Origin: Octopus sinensis
Taxonomy: Eukaryota
DNA: 64,000 bases
Assembly: GCF_006345805.1 (NCBI RefSeq)
Contig: NC_043001.1
Location: forward strand, 5,890,001-5,954,000
Reading direction: 5' to 3'
The notes under the pieces were generated by a model. The model was not told the origin of the DNA. It saw only the letters and a list, made by a program, of their open reading frames with translations, and did no database searches. Every line of letters starts with the position of its first letter. The stretch's first letter is position 1. Of the stretch, positions 12,606 to 26,541 are shown piece by piece. Position numbers and translations under genes: made by a program.

Positions 12606-14604
12606 TAATGTATATATATATATATATATATACTCACACAGAACAATGAGTGCTCAATACTGCATTATTGGATGAAGGTTCTTTATTTGCGTATTAATAC
12701 TGTCATTTATGTAATAATATGAAACAACTCCACAATCGGGAAGCCCATCACATGGAATCACCGGCCATCGTGTCTATTTGGGATTAAGACACACACACAC
12801 GCGCACATATATCTACCTATCAGTCAATCTATCTCCATATCTATGTATCTATTTGTCTACCTACCTACACACACACACACACACACATATTCATATATAT
12901 TTATCAATCGACATATCCCAAATAAATTTGTAAGACTTCATCTAATTCAAGAATAATATAAAATGATGTATATGACTTGAGATGCTTGTTATGCCTCACC
13001 CTTTCTCTTCCTCTTTTACACACACACAAACATACACATATATATATATATATATGGCACACACACACCTATAAATGAAAGTGTGTAAATATATGCATGC
13101 ACAGTTATGTACACACACACAAACACAGACACACACACAGACACACACACATGGGCATTTTATAATTGTACACGTATGAATGGTTTGTAAAATTATTTCC
13201 ATAAAGGAAAATCTTCAAGCAGTTCACTGGAGGACTGCGACAAATATGTCAGGGAATGCAAACTTTTCGCAATTAGTTTGTTAATAATATTCATATGACC
13301 GCGTCAGATTATAACAATGTTTATTCAACGCTAGATTTCAGATCGTAATACTTGCAAAGTAAACTTCATCAGAAGTTGGATTTTATATTTTTACATAAAT
13401 TTATATATGTTTTCACAGGAATTATAATTTTATATTTTCTAACGTAATGCTCTTATCCAAAGTTTTGTGGTGATATTTCAAATATACGTATCGAGACGTA
13501 TTTGAAGAATTATAATTTATATTATGTCAGTGTTACTAATTAGCAAAAGAGTGATGATAATATATTGTTTTCTTTCATTGGTACAGCGATTTCAAATGTT
13601 GCCTGAAAGTGACAAATTTCGAGGTGGTAAGTCGATGAAATGTAAAGTCGACTTTCGAAGAATTTGAACACTGTATGTTAAATAAAAAAAATTGCGACAA
13701 AATGGCTGCATGCATTTTGCCTGGGGCGCTATCGTTTCTGCCACCATTCCAACTGCCTCTATTTCTATATTAAATACAGAGAAGACCTCATTTAATGCAA
13801 GTATACTTTTTTTCTGATAATGTTTTACTTCCTTAACAATTCACACATTTTTAACATGAGACGGGGACCGAAGAATGTCAGCGTCACGAAGAACCTCACG
13901 TTGATTCAATATGATTTTAATTCTTATCGTTGTCATAAATTGTATAGTGTTACACTCTACCATATCATCCATAATATCTCCATTAATAATCAGTCTGCAA
14001 ATATTTCAGAAGAAAACTGCAGGTGCCTACAAGGCATATTCCGATATGATTGCAAAAACTGAAATAAGGAAGGCACAAAATTGTTATTCTTTCCCTTTGA
14101 ATCGTATTAATTAGCATTTCATAAATAAAACATCTGTTTAATATTCATTAAAAGACACAGTAATTAAAATTCATCAATTCTAAGAAGAAAAAAAAATAAA
14201 TAAATGATAAATAAATATACACGTATGAACAAAAATTTCTAACCTAGAAAAAGAATAAAAACTGGAATACATTTCAGAAAATTTGGATAAGTTTTGTGGC
14301 TTCGCATTTTGTATGAAGTATATATTTATATTTTAGATTATTAGCGAAAACAAAACACAACGACTTGAAGGGAAAAATGAATATTTAACGGGCAGGAAAA
14401 TGATGGAAAAATAGAAAAAAATTCTATAGAATAAAATAGCCTCCATTCCTTTTCAAACAATGTTACAGGGAAGGCTCACCTATTTGAAGTGAACGTAATT
14501 TATATTCAAAGAGCAGAATGGTACACGTATACATCGCCGCATAGACATTAAAAGGAATTACTATGTAACAGTTATAAGTCTTGGATTCTTTTAATTTTGA
14601 TCTT

Positions 14605-14775
14605 CCATTTGTTTCAGGAATAAGACTGTAGGCATGCTGGAGCATCTACTTGTTTAATCAACTGAATCGACCGCAGCACTTATTTTAAACCTGGTATTTA
14701 TTCAATAGGTTTCTTTTGAAGAAGCGCCAACCGTTGTCAACTGGAGGTGGGGGACAAGCAAACACACAAACAGAC
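14605..14775 (-). mobile_element. SINE family A 3' half (further partial copies at ~21440-21612 -, ~31610-31805 +, ~41116-41430 +, ~43805-44085 -, ~53735-53830 +)
   Basis: GCATGCTGGAGCA and CCGTTGTCAAC...GGGGGACAA match the family-A 3' domain in reverse. Confidence 0.7.
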
Positions 14776-15281
14776 ACAGAGGACGGTCTTTTTTCAGTTT
14801 TCACATTACAAAATCTTCGAAAAAGTTTTGGTCGATCCAGGCTTTTAGTAGAAGATTCTTGTCCAAAGCGACACGACGCAAGGTCGAAACACAAACCCTG
14901 CACTTAAGAAAGAATCTTTTTACCACACAACCAAGAGTTCATTTCAGAAAGGTGTACGTTGAACCCAGTATTTCCTCTCAATATTGAGGTCTATGTGAAA
15001 AATTTCCTCTTAGTGGTATATGATAAAATCCAAGCCACATATATTCTTACAGTTAACATTTTTTACCTATTAGTATTACGTGCAAGATACATTCGTTAAT
15101 TGTATATGCACATTTTGTGTAGGGAGACACGCAATTTGAGAGATTTCTGACCCCGAACAGAAGACAAGGACCCATAGAAAAATCTTACAACCAACGTCAG
15201 AACAACATCTCCAACAACTAAACAAGCACACAAAACTACCTTCTTGTAAGGTGGGCATTTTTGTCAGAGAGATACCACAAT

Positions 15282-15444
15282 AGGCGCAGTAGTGGCTGTG
15301 TGGTAAATAGCATGCTTCCCAACCATATCGCTCCGGGTTCAGTTCCACTGCGTGGCACCTTGGTCGCGTGTCTTCTACTATGGCCTCGGGCCAACCAATG
15401 CCTTTTGAGTAGATTTAGTAGACGAAAACTGAAAGAAGCCCGTC

Positions 15445-15505
<61 letters not shown>

Positions 15506-15745
15506 TATGTGTGTGTGTTCCGTGTCTGCCTGTTTGTGTGTGTATTGTACGTTTATGTGACTGTGTTTGTCACTCCACTATCGCTTGAGTACCGATGTCG
15601 GTGTGTTTACATCGCCGTAATTTAGCGGTTAGTCAAGAGACACCGATAGAATAAGTACTAGGCTTACAAAGAATACTCCTGGGGTTGATTTGCTCGACTA
15701 GCATGGCCGCAGTCAACTCACTGAAACAAGTAAAAGAATAAAGAT
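15282..15745 (+). mobile_element. SINE family A
   Basis: Full-length match to the 12151 and 30139 copies. Confidence 0.9.
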
Positions 15746-16004
15746 ATCTCTTCCAATATTAAAAATTTCGATATTCTGATTTCTGAAATTGTGATTATTT
15801 TGTCCACCATGCAGAGACAAAATGCAATTTAGTCCAAACCAGGAATGGGGCTCAGTTCATAGGAATTACATCTGGCATTTAACCGATGCTGCAACACTTG
15901 TCGTTTAATTTCATATAGGCTGAATGTGAGAAAATTATTTTCAGACCTGGTTTATTTGAAATAATTTCCTGCTGGTTGAGACAACTTGCATAATTTTGTG
16001 AAAA

Positions 16005-16220
16005 GGCGGCGAGCCGGCAGAATCGTTAGCACGCCGGGCGAAATGCGCAGCTACGTTCTGAGTTCAAATTCCGCCGAGGTCGACTTTGCCTTTCATTGTT
16101 TCGGGGTCGATAAATTAAGTACCAGTTACGCACTGGAGTCGATTTAATCGACTTAATCCGTTTGTCTGTCCCTGTTTGTCTCCTCTATGTTTAGCTTCAT
16201 GTGGGTAGTAAAGAAACAGA
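16005..16220 (+). mobile_element. SINE family B
   Basis: GGCGGCGAGCCGGCAGAATCGTTAGCACGCCGGGCG head, GAGTTCAAATTCC B-box-like motif, central GGGGTCGATAAATTAAGTACCAG domain, GTGGGTAGTAAAGAAA tail. Confidence 0.9.
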
Positions 16221-16403
16221 TAAACTATATAATTTTGTGATGCAAATGAAACAGACAACAGAAATTGCGGGTGCTTTCACGTTAGAGTATTTAATAAGTT
16301 GATAGTAAAGAAAAAAGAAATAAAAATTTAATAACTTATTATGTAAACTACAAAAAAAATATCACCTATACTTATTAGAGCCCTTAGTTCTTATTTGTGT
16401 GCA

Positions 16404-16765
16404 GTGGAGGTGCAATGGCTCAGTGATTAGGGCAGCGGACTCGCGGTTTCGATTCTCAGAGCGGGCGTTGTGAGTGTTTATTGAGCGAAAACATCTTAAG
16501 TGCTACGAGGCTCCAGAGAAGGGGGGGGAACCAGCCGTGCACTTTCACCACAACTTTCTTCCAGTTTCTGTTGTGCCTGTATTTTAAAAGGCCAGCATTG
16601 TCAGACTCTGTGTCATTTTGAATCTCTCCGAGAATTATGGGAAGGGTACACGTGTTTGTGGAATGCTCAGTCACTTGCACGTTAATTTCACGAGTTGATC
16701 GGATCAACAGGAAATCACGTCGTCGTAACCGACGCAGAGCCACGACGACACTTACTCGTGTAACT
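16404..16765 (+). mobile_element. SINE family C
   Basis: Same head and body as the 52300 copy; the 3' part is shared with the 44417 copy. Confidence 0.85.
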
Positions 16766-16799
16766 GACAGCACAATTGTAGAAATATATTTGGGGAAGT

Positions 16800-17145
16800 G
16801 TCCAGTCGATTAGGTCGACCCCAGTACGCACCTGGCACTTAATCTATCGATCCCGAAAGGATGAAAGATAAAGTCAACCTCGGCGGAATTTGAAATCAGA
16901 ACGTAAAAACAGCCAAAATACCTATTTCTATTTCTTTACTACCCACAAGGGGCTAAATTCAGAGAGGACAAACAAGGACGGACAAACGGATTAAGTCGAT
17001 TATATGGACCCAGTGCGTAACTGGTACTTATTTAATCGACCCTGAAAGGATGAAAAGCAAATTCGACCTCGGCTGAATTTGAACTCAGAACGTAACGGCA
17101 GACGAAATACGGCTACGCATTTCGCCCTGCCAGCTCGCCGCCTTT
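16800..17145 (-). mobile_element. SINE family B, one near-full plus one partial copy
   Basis: The reverse complement of the family-B central domain is seen twice (~16800-16910 and ~16920-17143). Confidence 0.85.
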
Positions 17146-17565
17146 ACAGTCAACAGAAATTGCGGGCGTATTCACGTTAGAATCCTTAATAAGTTGATAG
17201 CAAAAAAAAAGAAAATATATATTTCATATTTTGTTTTGTAAAATAGAATAGAAAACTCACTTTAGTTATTATTTGTGTAATCGACTGCACAATTCTAGAA
17301 AAATATTGATCCATTATCTCTTGAAGTAAGTATAAAATTACTAAGTGTGCGAAGCAAAGCGAAATGCAATGATATCTTAGGAGCGATGTTCTGGGTTTTG
17401 CAGAGCATAAAGGCGTTCCTTTCTTTAAGTGTGAAAGTAATGCTTATCTACCAGAGTGATAGGAATGGTAAAGGAGAAATTAACGCCGTTTACGTGAAGG
17501 ATGCTATGCAATATCATGTGTATTTGTGATTAGATCTACTTAAATTAATCAGTTTTAAAGCACAT

Positions 17566-17859
17566 TTGTTGTTACTGGTTGTAAGAATATTTATGATAAT
17601 CCTCCGTCGAGTAGCTGGCTTTACGTACGATTGTTTTGACGAGGAAGGATATGATACAGTATTAATCAGAAAATTTGATAAGATCGGAAATGGTAATGTA
17701 TACATGAATGCGCGACTTAGAGCTGAGATACATGAAAAGAATATTCTTCCTATTAGATGGATAGTTTGGGATATTAGCAATGAATATATTTCAGAAAATC
17801 GAATATTCAGCCTTTTCAGAGATCAGAAATCTTTGGTTAGTGAAGTAAATCAGAGTTAG
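17566..17859 (+). CDS. Candidate exon or pseudogene fragment with an EF-hand-like motif
   Basis: Non-repetitive ORF containing GFTY...DTVLIRKFDKIGNGNVY; possible donor GAA|GTAAAT near 17845. No gene model could be built. Confidence 0.25.
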   Translation: MLLLVVRIFMIILRRVAGFTYDCFDEEGYDTVLIRKFDKIGNGNVYMNARLRAEIHEKNILPIRWIVWDISNEYISENRIFSLFRDQKSLVSEVNQS

Positions 17860-18504
17860 TCTATAGGAATTGACTTAATCAACTATGGTGTGCTCATACA
17901 TGGACACACGCTCGCACTCATATACGTACATATATATAGCATATATATATATACATGTATACATATTCACATACATGCATGCATACATATATACATGCAG
18001 AGATACACTCACACATATTTGGCTTCAATACCTGTCCTCCAAGGGTGGATATTATTCTAATAAATCATGAAATTACGTTGCATGGCGTACGATATGTATA
18101 TATCCATGTTATTTAAAAACATGCTACTGGCCGAAGTAAATATGATATATGCATTCCCTTATATACACGGGTTACAATGAGTTAATTACAACGGCAAGAG
18201 CTATCTATAAATAGTAGCTATAAACATATATACAATGGGATCATATAACACAAACACACTCAAGCACACACACATACACACACACACGAAATCGATGAAA
18301 CAAATAATAATCTTTATAACGAAATCTATATACAACCAAACAGAGAAAATGGAGATTGAGAGAAGCGATTGAGAGAGGAGAACGAACTGATCTATAAGGT
18401 TAGGACTGATTATAATTAGAATATGTCTATATAAATATAAGGTCACAGAGTACAACTTAGAATGGATGGACAACTGCATAAATGAGAGAACGTATTGCAA
18501 CGAC

Positions 18505-18880
18505 GCGAGCATGGCTGAGTGGTAAGGAGCTTACTTCCCAATCGCATGGTGCAGGTTTCAGTCAAAGAGCGAGGCACCTTGAACAATTGTTTTAGCCTCT
18601 GGCTTTTCAAAGCCTTAGTCGTGGATTCGGTAGGTGAAAAACGACAGACGCCCGTCGAATATGCATATGTATGTATGTGTGTGTGCGTCTGCCGCAACAC
18701 TGCTTAATAATCGGTGTTAGTGTGTTTAGGTCCCCGTAACGTAGCAGTTTTGAAAATGAGAGTAATCGAATAAGTACCAATCCTCTTTTTAAAATACGTA
18801 ATGAATTTGATTAAATGGACAATATATTCTTGAAGATGTTGGCCTGGCATGGCCGCAGTCGAATGTTAGAAACAACTAAG
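18505..18880 (+). mobile_element. SINE family A, diverged
   Basis: ATGGCTGAGTGGTAAGGAGCTT head and GCATGGCCGCAGTC tail are recognisable. Confidence 0.75.
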
Positions 18881-20229
18881 AAATAAAAGATATATGGCTA
18901 GACTACATTTAACCTACATATTCCTGTAATGATTGCTTTTAAATTGTTACAGGATATTAAAATGAGACCTAAGCTTGATGATAATGTGTAAAGTACGGTG
19001 TCACATTGGTGATTGTGTGTTTTCGGATTTCCGATGTTTTAGTCAAACTAATTCCCAAACTCATTGAATGATGTAGACTTATTTGAATGTTCCAGGGACA
19101 TTTGTACTCCTAACTGAATTCTGTTCCAGAAACAACGTAATGCTGTATCAAAAATATACCGGGATATCAAATTACCCTTACAGTTCAAAGGACAATCTTA
19201 TGCCCAGCATTTGTCTCGCAGACATCATTCATAAATTATGGTGTAGGGGAGACATTCTAGAAAAAAATTATACTTACAAGAAGCAACAGATCGTTATCGA
19301 AACCACGACGTTAGTATTGTGAAACGGACTTATTAATATTTAAGCCTTCCAGAGTATATGCTCTTACCTAGTACACACAGACACACACACAGAATCGCAC
19401 ACAGGCACACACACACACAGCTAGATATGTGTAAATACGTGTATATGAATATAAATATGTTTATGCATATATACGTGCGTACGTGTGTGTTAACGTGAGC
19501 GTGTTTGTGTGCGTATACATATGTATATACTAAAATACCACACAGATGTGTAAGTATGTGTGTGTTTGTGTGTACGTGCGTGTATACGTATGCATTAATC
19601 CTTACATGCGTATACTTGTATAACCATACTTATATTCCGTACATGAATACAATTCGAAGAGGGCATTTTTTAAAGAGAAACTTTCATTGATATTTAGTAC
19701 AAGGATATTTCTGATAATATCTATTGATATCTGAACATTATCTTATGCAATCCAGCCGTGACATACCTGTCATTTCCCGGGCATTTCTCACAAAGGAAAT
19801 TAAACTTATAGATCAGATTTTTCAAACAAATGCAAATAGCAAAAAGGCAATCACATATGAATTTATAAGAGATCGATACATATCCGAAATATGCATGCAG
19901 ACTTTTGAACAAAACCAAACTTTGATACGAGGAAACTCCAATATACATGTGGGCTTTTATTTCCTACAACAATTATATTACCGAATATAGGCAACCATAC
20001 CGAATATGGGCAACTGGTATAGGTTGCAGAGAAGAAATTAAAATTTTTTTCTCACTTAAAGGTTAATTGTGGCGTATTTGTCGGAAGAAAAGCTGAAGTT
20101 GGCTTTTACAGTTTAGGACATAATTTTATGGATAATAATCTTTACATATTCAATTTTTTCAGCTCGAGTGTATATGCATGAAATACAATTTATAATACCA
20201 ATAAAACGTGTGCCATACTGAATTACTAT

Positions 20230-20625
20230 TTAGATTGAAAGTGAAATAAGGCGGCGAGCTGGCAGAAACGTTAGCACGCCGGGCGAAATGTGTAGCCTCA
20301 TTTCGTCTGAGTTGAAATTCCGCAGAGGCCGAATTTGCATTTCATCCTTTTGATGGTCTATAAATTAAGTACCAGTTACGTACTGGAGATCGATATAATC
20401 GACTTAATTCCTTTGTCTGTCCTTGTTTGTCCTCTCTGTGTTTAGCCCCATGTGGGTAGTAAAGAAATATGTATTTCGTCTGTCGTTACGTTGTGAGTTC
20501 AAATTCCATCGAGGTCGACTTTGCCTTTCATCCTTTCGGGGTCGATAAATTAAGTACCAGTTACGCACTGGGGTTGATATAATCGACTTAATCTGTTTTT
20601 CTGTCCTTGTTTGTCCCCTCTGTGT
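20230..20625 (+). mobile_element. SINE family B with duplicated 3' half
   Basis: Full head at 20230; the central domain AAATTAAGTACCAGTTACG occurs twice (~20360 and ~20548). Confidence 0.88.
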
Positions 20626-20769
20626 ATCGACTCATTGCGTGTGATGAGAAATGGATACACTTTGACAAGTGCAGGGCAGGACATCACCAAAGATGCAGGA
20701 GAATCACCAAAACTCTACCCGAAACCACCATTGCACCCTTAAAAGGTTGATGGTCACTGCATGGTGGTC

Positions 20770-21273
20770 ATTTGCAACAACGAAAAACTGTTACAACAGC
20801 ATCCTATGGTCACGAAATTGATTGTATGCATGGCAAATTAAAAAGAAAAGAATTATCCTAGATTAGTAAATAGAGATGGCCTAATTTTGCTCCATGATTA
20901 TCCATGCTTCACTTTTCTCAAACTACGGTCCACAAGTTGCAAAACCTGAATTATGAAAGTTTGCCATATGCTCCTTATTCTCCTGATATATATCTCAGTG
21001 ATTCTCACGTGTTCAAACACTTGGAGCTTGCTATACACAATAAAAACATTCTTAAATAAAGAAGCCGTAATTGAAACATACGAACAGTTTATCAATGTAA
21101 AAGATGACAATGTTTTTTTGAAGATGGAATGCGTGTAATGGATGAAAGATGGATAAAGTTCATAAATGAACAAGGATCATATTTTGATTAAATAAATAAA
21201 TATGCTAAAGCTTAAAAAATAATGTTAATGTTTCCTTTTTCAAATGCGACGTTTCATGTGAGGCAACCTAATA
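20770..21273 (+). mobile_element. Mariner transposon remnant (transposase C-terminus plus right TIR-like end)
   Basis: Interrupted translation gives LILLHD, KLQNLNYESLPYAPYSPDI..SDSHVFKHL (cf. LPHPPYSPDLxPxDYHLF) and RWIKFINEQGSYFD*; the element ends in CAACCTAATA, typical of mariner TIR ends. Confidence 0.88.
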
Positions 21274-21327
21274 TTTTGATTACCTGAGAGCGAACTGTAA
21301 TCGTTTTGTTTAATCACTTAATTTTTA

Positions 21328-21375
<48 letters not shown>

Positions 21376-22192
21376 ATATATATTATATATATATATATAC
21401 TTACGTATATATGCATATATATATGTGTGTGTGTGTCAGTGTATAAATGACGGGCTTGTCTTAGATCCCGTCTAACAAATCCACTCACAAGATTTGGCTC
21501 GGACCGGAGATATAGTAAATGATAGCTGACCAAGTTATCTCTCTGTGAGACTGAACCCGGAACTCTGGGGGTTTTGAAGCTAGCTTCTTACCACACAGCC
21601 ACGCTTGCGTCTATGTAATAATATATGTACTGAATAGATATGGGTTAATTTTAATCTCTGAAAAAATGGAGCACTGCCTTGTGTTGTATAAAGTAGACAG
21701 TTTAAAAGAATATAAAGATTTGACACAGGATTTCATCTGAATAAAAACATAAGCTGTCTGTCTCTAATATCAAATTTCGCCTTTATTTCTGCTTCTTATC
21801 AGCCTATAATAATGGCAACGTTTAGTCTCGTGATCTGTATGTCAAAAAGTTCAATTTGCTCAAAATATTGGACCGCTCAAATTACAAAGATACACTCAAT
21901 AGAAAATTAAAGCTTCGAAGAAATCCAAACAAAAATCTAGAGGTGATCGATATATATTGCCATGATTCTCACAACTATTTCAGATTAAAGGTGATTTGCT
22001 TGTTGTCGTGTTTTTGCAAATGAAATTTATAACTAGCAACTCATAAAAGTTTGAAATTCAATAATTCTAAGTTTAAAAAGCTATAAAACTAATCATCACT
22101 AGTCAAGTTTCCTTCATTAATTACAACTTTAAAAATTCTGATCAAAGCTTTTATTTCAAAATATGAAACAAAGAATAACATTAGTGATGATG

Positions 22193-22262
<70 letters not shown>

Positions 22263-22418
22263 GACGAAGAAGAAGAAGAAGAAGAACAATGATGATGATG
22301 TTGGTGTGATTATATTTCAGAGTATAACAGCAACTAAAAAAGACATGTACAACACCAACCCTTTCAACAACGACTGTAACATCCGTAGTAGCAGCAACAT
22401 GAAGAACAACAAATATAA

Positions 22419-22453
<35 letters not shown>

Positions 22454-23035
22454 ACACCACCACCACCATCACTACCACTATTGCTACTACTACTACTACT
22501 AATAATAATAATAATAATAAAAATAAGACGAAGGAGAAGAAGAAGAAGAATGATGATAATGATGATGATGATGATGATGATGGCGGTGGTGTTGGTGGTG
22601 GTGGTGACGACGACGACGACGGGGACAACGAATGATTAATAACAGTTGAGATAGTGAACGTAACAATAATATATTAAACTACGCTCGTACATGAAAAGGC
22701 GCAGCGAAATAATTGACTCATCAGTGATTTGCACTAATTATACTCGATGCAACTGTAATTTTTAACACAACATTGTTTACTGTTCGTGTTTTTTTTTTGT
22801 TTTTTCTTCATTTTATGGATTCAGTCAGTGAATATAATCAACATTACAAATTTTGAAGAGGATAAAAACTTCATTCGGTTTTTTTTTTCTTTTCACTATA
22901 TTCTTAACTTATCTTTTATCCAAGCTAACACAGAATTCTAAAACAAAGCTAACATCACAAAATGAATTATATTTAACATATTTTGATTCTCCACTATTGC
23001 TTCTTTTGGCTTTTTCAACGTTGTTGCTGTTATAA

Positions 23036-23094
<59 letters not shown>

Positions 23095-23104
23095 GTTATT
23101 GATG

Positions 23105-23490
23105 TTGGTGAGCTGGCAGAATCATTAGTGCGCCGGGCGAGATGCGTAGCCGTATTTCCTCTGCCGCTACGTTCTGAGTTCAAATACCGTCGAAGTCGAC
23201 TTTGCCTTTCATCCTTTCGGGGTCGATTAAATAAGTACCAGTTACACACTGGGTCGATTTAATCGACTTAATCCGTTTGTCTGTCCTTGTTTGTCCTCTC
23301 TGAGTTTAGCCCCTTGTGGGTAGTAAAGAAATAGGTATTTCGCCCGTTGGTACTTTCGGAGTTCAAATTCCGCCCAGGTTGACGTTGCCATTCATCCTTT
23401 GGGAGTCAATAAATAAAGTACCACTTAAACACTGGGGTCGATATAATCGACTCACCCTCTCCGCGCAAAGTAATGGTGCCTTTCTGGCAA
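23105..23490 (+). mobile_element. SINE family B plus a partial second unit, next to an (ATT)n array
   Basis: Same head and central domain as the other copies; further head fragments at ~23645-23820. Confidence 0.85.
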
Positions 23491-23504
23491 AATTTGAAAC
23501 CATG

Positions 23505-23585
<81 letters not shown>

Positions 23586-24089
23586 GTTTTGATTTTCATT
23601 ATTTTTATTGTTTTAATTGTTATCATCATCATCATGATTATTATTGAAGGCAACGAGCTGGCAGATTCGTTAACGCGCTGGACAAAATGCTTAGATGTTT
23701 CTCGCACATCGCCACATTCTGAGTTCAGGCATTATCTAAGTGTGTTTAAAATGCTGGGCGGGCAGTAAAGTTATCATTCCAGGCGAAATGGTAAGCGGCA
23801 TTTCGCCTGCTCTACGTTTTAATTCTACCTAGGGAAAGAATACTTGAGTGAAAGAACTTGCGGAAGATAGTTCACTTTGAAAATATTCTAGGAAAGGCAT
23901 GATTTTATATTGTTTTATTCATTATAAAATATGAACGGTTCCTCTTTCCTTATCAGAATAATGATTTTCCTTCTTTCATATCTGAAGAGTATAAGAGTAT
24001 TTGCTCCGTTGCTGCATTTTGCATTGGGCAGTAGTACTTCAGAAGAGAATCCATAAAACCACGTAAATCACAGTCGTGACAAATACCGG

Positions 24090-24290
24090 TGTCGGGCAAA
24101 TAGAACATAAAAGCACCAATTACACTCCCGGAGTGGTTGTCGTTTGGAATGGCATCAAACCGTAGAAACCATGCAAATCAGGTTTCTGCTGAAACCTTCC
24201 ACCTTGCCACCCATGTTCAAACCGTCCAATCCCTGCCAGCATGGACAACGGACGCTAAATTATGATGATGATCATGATGATGACGATGAC
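24090..24290 (+). mobile_element. Probable LINE 3' end (RTE-like) with (GAT)n tail
   Basis: CCATGTTCAAACCGTCCAATCCCTGCCAGCATGGACAACGGACGCTAAAT followed by (GAT)n; identification from general resemblance only. Confidence 0.4.
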
Positions 24291-24653
24291 GATATTTTGG
24301 CTTACGTGGAGGTAATGTTTTGTCAGTGTGGCTAAAAGTTTATTTTGTTTTGTATTTGAGAATGTCTATTTGTTTGAAATCCTCTTCGAGTTTCCTTCGC
24401 AGATTATTTCACATTGGTAACAAAGGGTGGAGTATAATCATTATTGTCCTTCGATTATTATACGGTCATTTTCTATTAGGAAATAGGCGCTGGCTTGGAG
24501 GTACGGGTAAGAAGCTCACCACGCAACCACATGTCTTCGGTTCAATCCCATTGCGTTGGGAGATAAATAGGAATAAACTGAGTGGAAGGTTATCATATAT
24601 GAAAGTATATATATATGTGTGTGTGTTTGTGTTTGTGTGTGTGTGTGTGTGTG

Positions 24654-24686
<33 letters not shown>

Positions 24687-26452
24687 GGGTGGTGTATGTG
24701 GGTTTGTGTTTGTTCCCAACCACGTGCTAACCACTTTTAATTCATTAGCATCGTCGTACAGAAAGGAAAATACTAAACTTTAAAAAATATAAATACTGAA
24801 GTCGAATAGTTCATCTTTAGGTAGTGGCCTTTGGACAAACAATGTATTATCTGCTCCTCCTCCTCCAAGTGCCGCTACCACAAGTAGTATGTCTGCAACG
24901 TGTTTTAAGGCGCGTGTTATAAGGAGACATATAAGGTTGTGTTTCCTAGGTATTCACCAGGAATATTTACCGATGGCTGACACTTATGAGGCCATATGGA
25001 GAACTCTACCCCCACGAACCTCACAGGTTCCCTGAGCGGGATAAAATTACTGGATGAAATACCTTAAAATATGAGGTAGTTTTATTAGATTGAGTATAGA
25101 CAACAGGAACATGCATAATTACCACTAAATTAAAAAACTATTACTACATCAATAGTATATATATATAGTGAAAATACTTCTAACTGTCTGATAATTCTCA
25201 AAATGATAATAATCAAACTGTCGAACCGATGGTTGTATATTGATTTTTGTCGAATTCGTTATGTTCTCCAGGCTTTAAGCCGGTGAAACAGCCGACCGGG
25301 TTGAACATTATATATTCACTATCTCTGCACCAGCAGCGGGAATTAGCTGTAAATGAGTTAATTAATGTATTCATGTATTTTTTCTTCACTTTGAAGGATT
25401 TTCTCTTATCACAGATAAGTTTTTGTAACATAATCGTGTTTCGTTGTAATAACAAAACGGTTTGCTCTTATCACATTGGTAACTGACGATTGTATTGCTT
25501 CAGTCAGATCTTAAAATACTAGATGAAAATACTTGCTAATACAAGAATCGTAAATAGCCTCCTTATCTCTGAGTGTGTTCCGCTCTTATGAACTTTGTCT
25601 CCGTATATATAAATGCTTATTTGCCTGGTGCCGTATATGTCCCGCAATTTGCCACTGATTTTTATTATACTTTTATCTTTGATTCAAAAGATTGATAAAA
25701 TATTTCGAGTGTAACGTAACATTTTTTTGTGTTGGAGATGATTTTTCCTGGAATATTTCAGGAGTGTAATTTATAACATGAATTGTGAAATAGTTTTAGA
25801 AACATACGTTGTTTACGAAACAAGGACTTTTTCATTAGAATAACGAAGCTTCTTTGTAATAATATCTCAAGTTTGATGTGCAAATAAAGTATGCGCACGA
25901 CCAAGATATTCTCTAAAGTAATGTGTGCAAGACGTAGATATCCTACAATGTGACCATCACAACTGAAAGTAAACCTACTGTGCAATGTCTCCATAACACT
26001 GACAGCATCGTATTAGTGAGGTTGTATGACAAGGTACGAGTGATGCTATAGGGGGCGAACATGATTCCGTTGTTTTTCAAAATAAAAGAATATCTAAATT
26101 TGACAGTATTCAGGAATCTAAAAATGTTACTTGAAGAACAAAATTAGAAGTGCCTGATTAATTGATTCCAATAAAGTGGAAATAAATTCTTAATTGATAT
26201 TTTAAGATAACAATTCCATTTTATCTTTTTCGACCGAGAAATAAGACACTGATAAATTTACACATGACAGTAAGTGTGAATGTGCCGCAAATCTAATAAA
26301 AATATATTGTGTGGTACTTGTGTGCATTCTGTAAAGATATACACCAGGATAAACTTGACCGTAAATATGCATAAAGAGATTCACCCACCCCTACATATGT
26401 ATATATATATATATATGTGTAATAAGAAAAAAACAACAAGAATGGATCAATA

Positions 26453-26541
26453 TTTCGGTACAATTGTTTCGTACGAAGACAGCTTTATTAAGGCTGCAAA
26501 TATTGCAGTAAATATAAGTAACCCGTACTCATCAGCCGAAA
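26453..26541 (-). ncRNA. Type I hammerhead ribozyme, intact core (left arm, minus strand)
   Basis: Reverse complement of the 27794-27882 motif, differing by one visible base in the helix II insert (GGGUUAC vs GGGUCAC); all core nucleotides and helices are retained. Confidence 0.88.

Noticed and set aside
13330-13375. Minus-strand CUGAUGA followed by GAAA
   Set aside because: Helices I and III do not pair and there is no correctly placed UH triplet.
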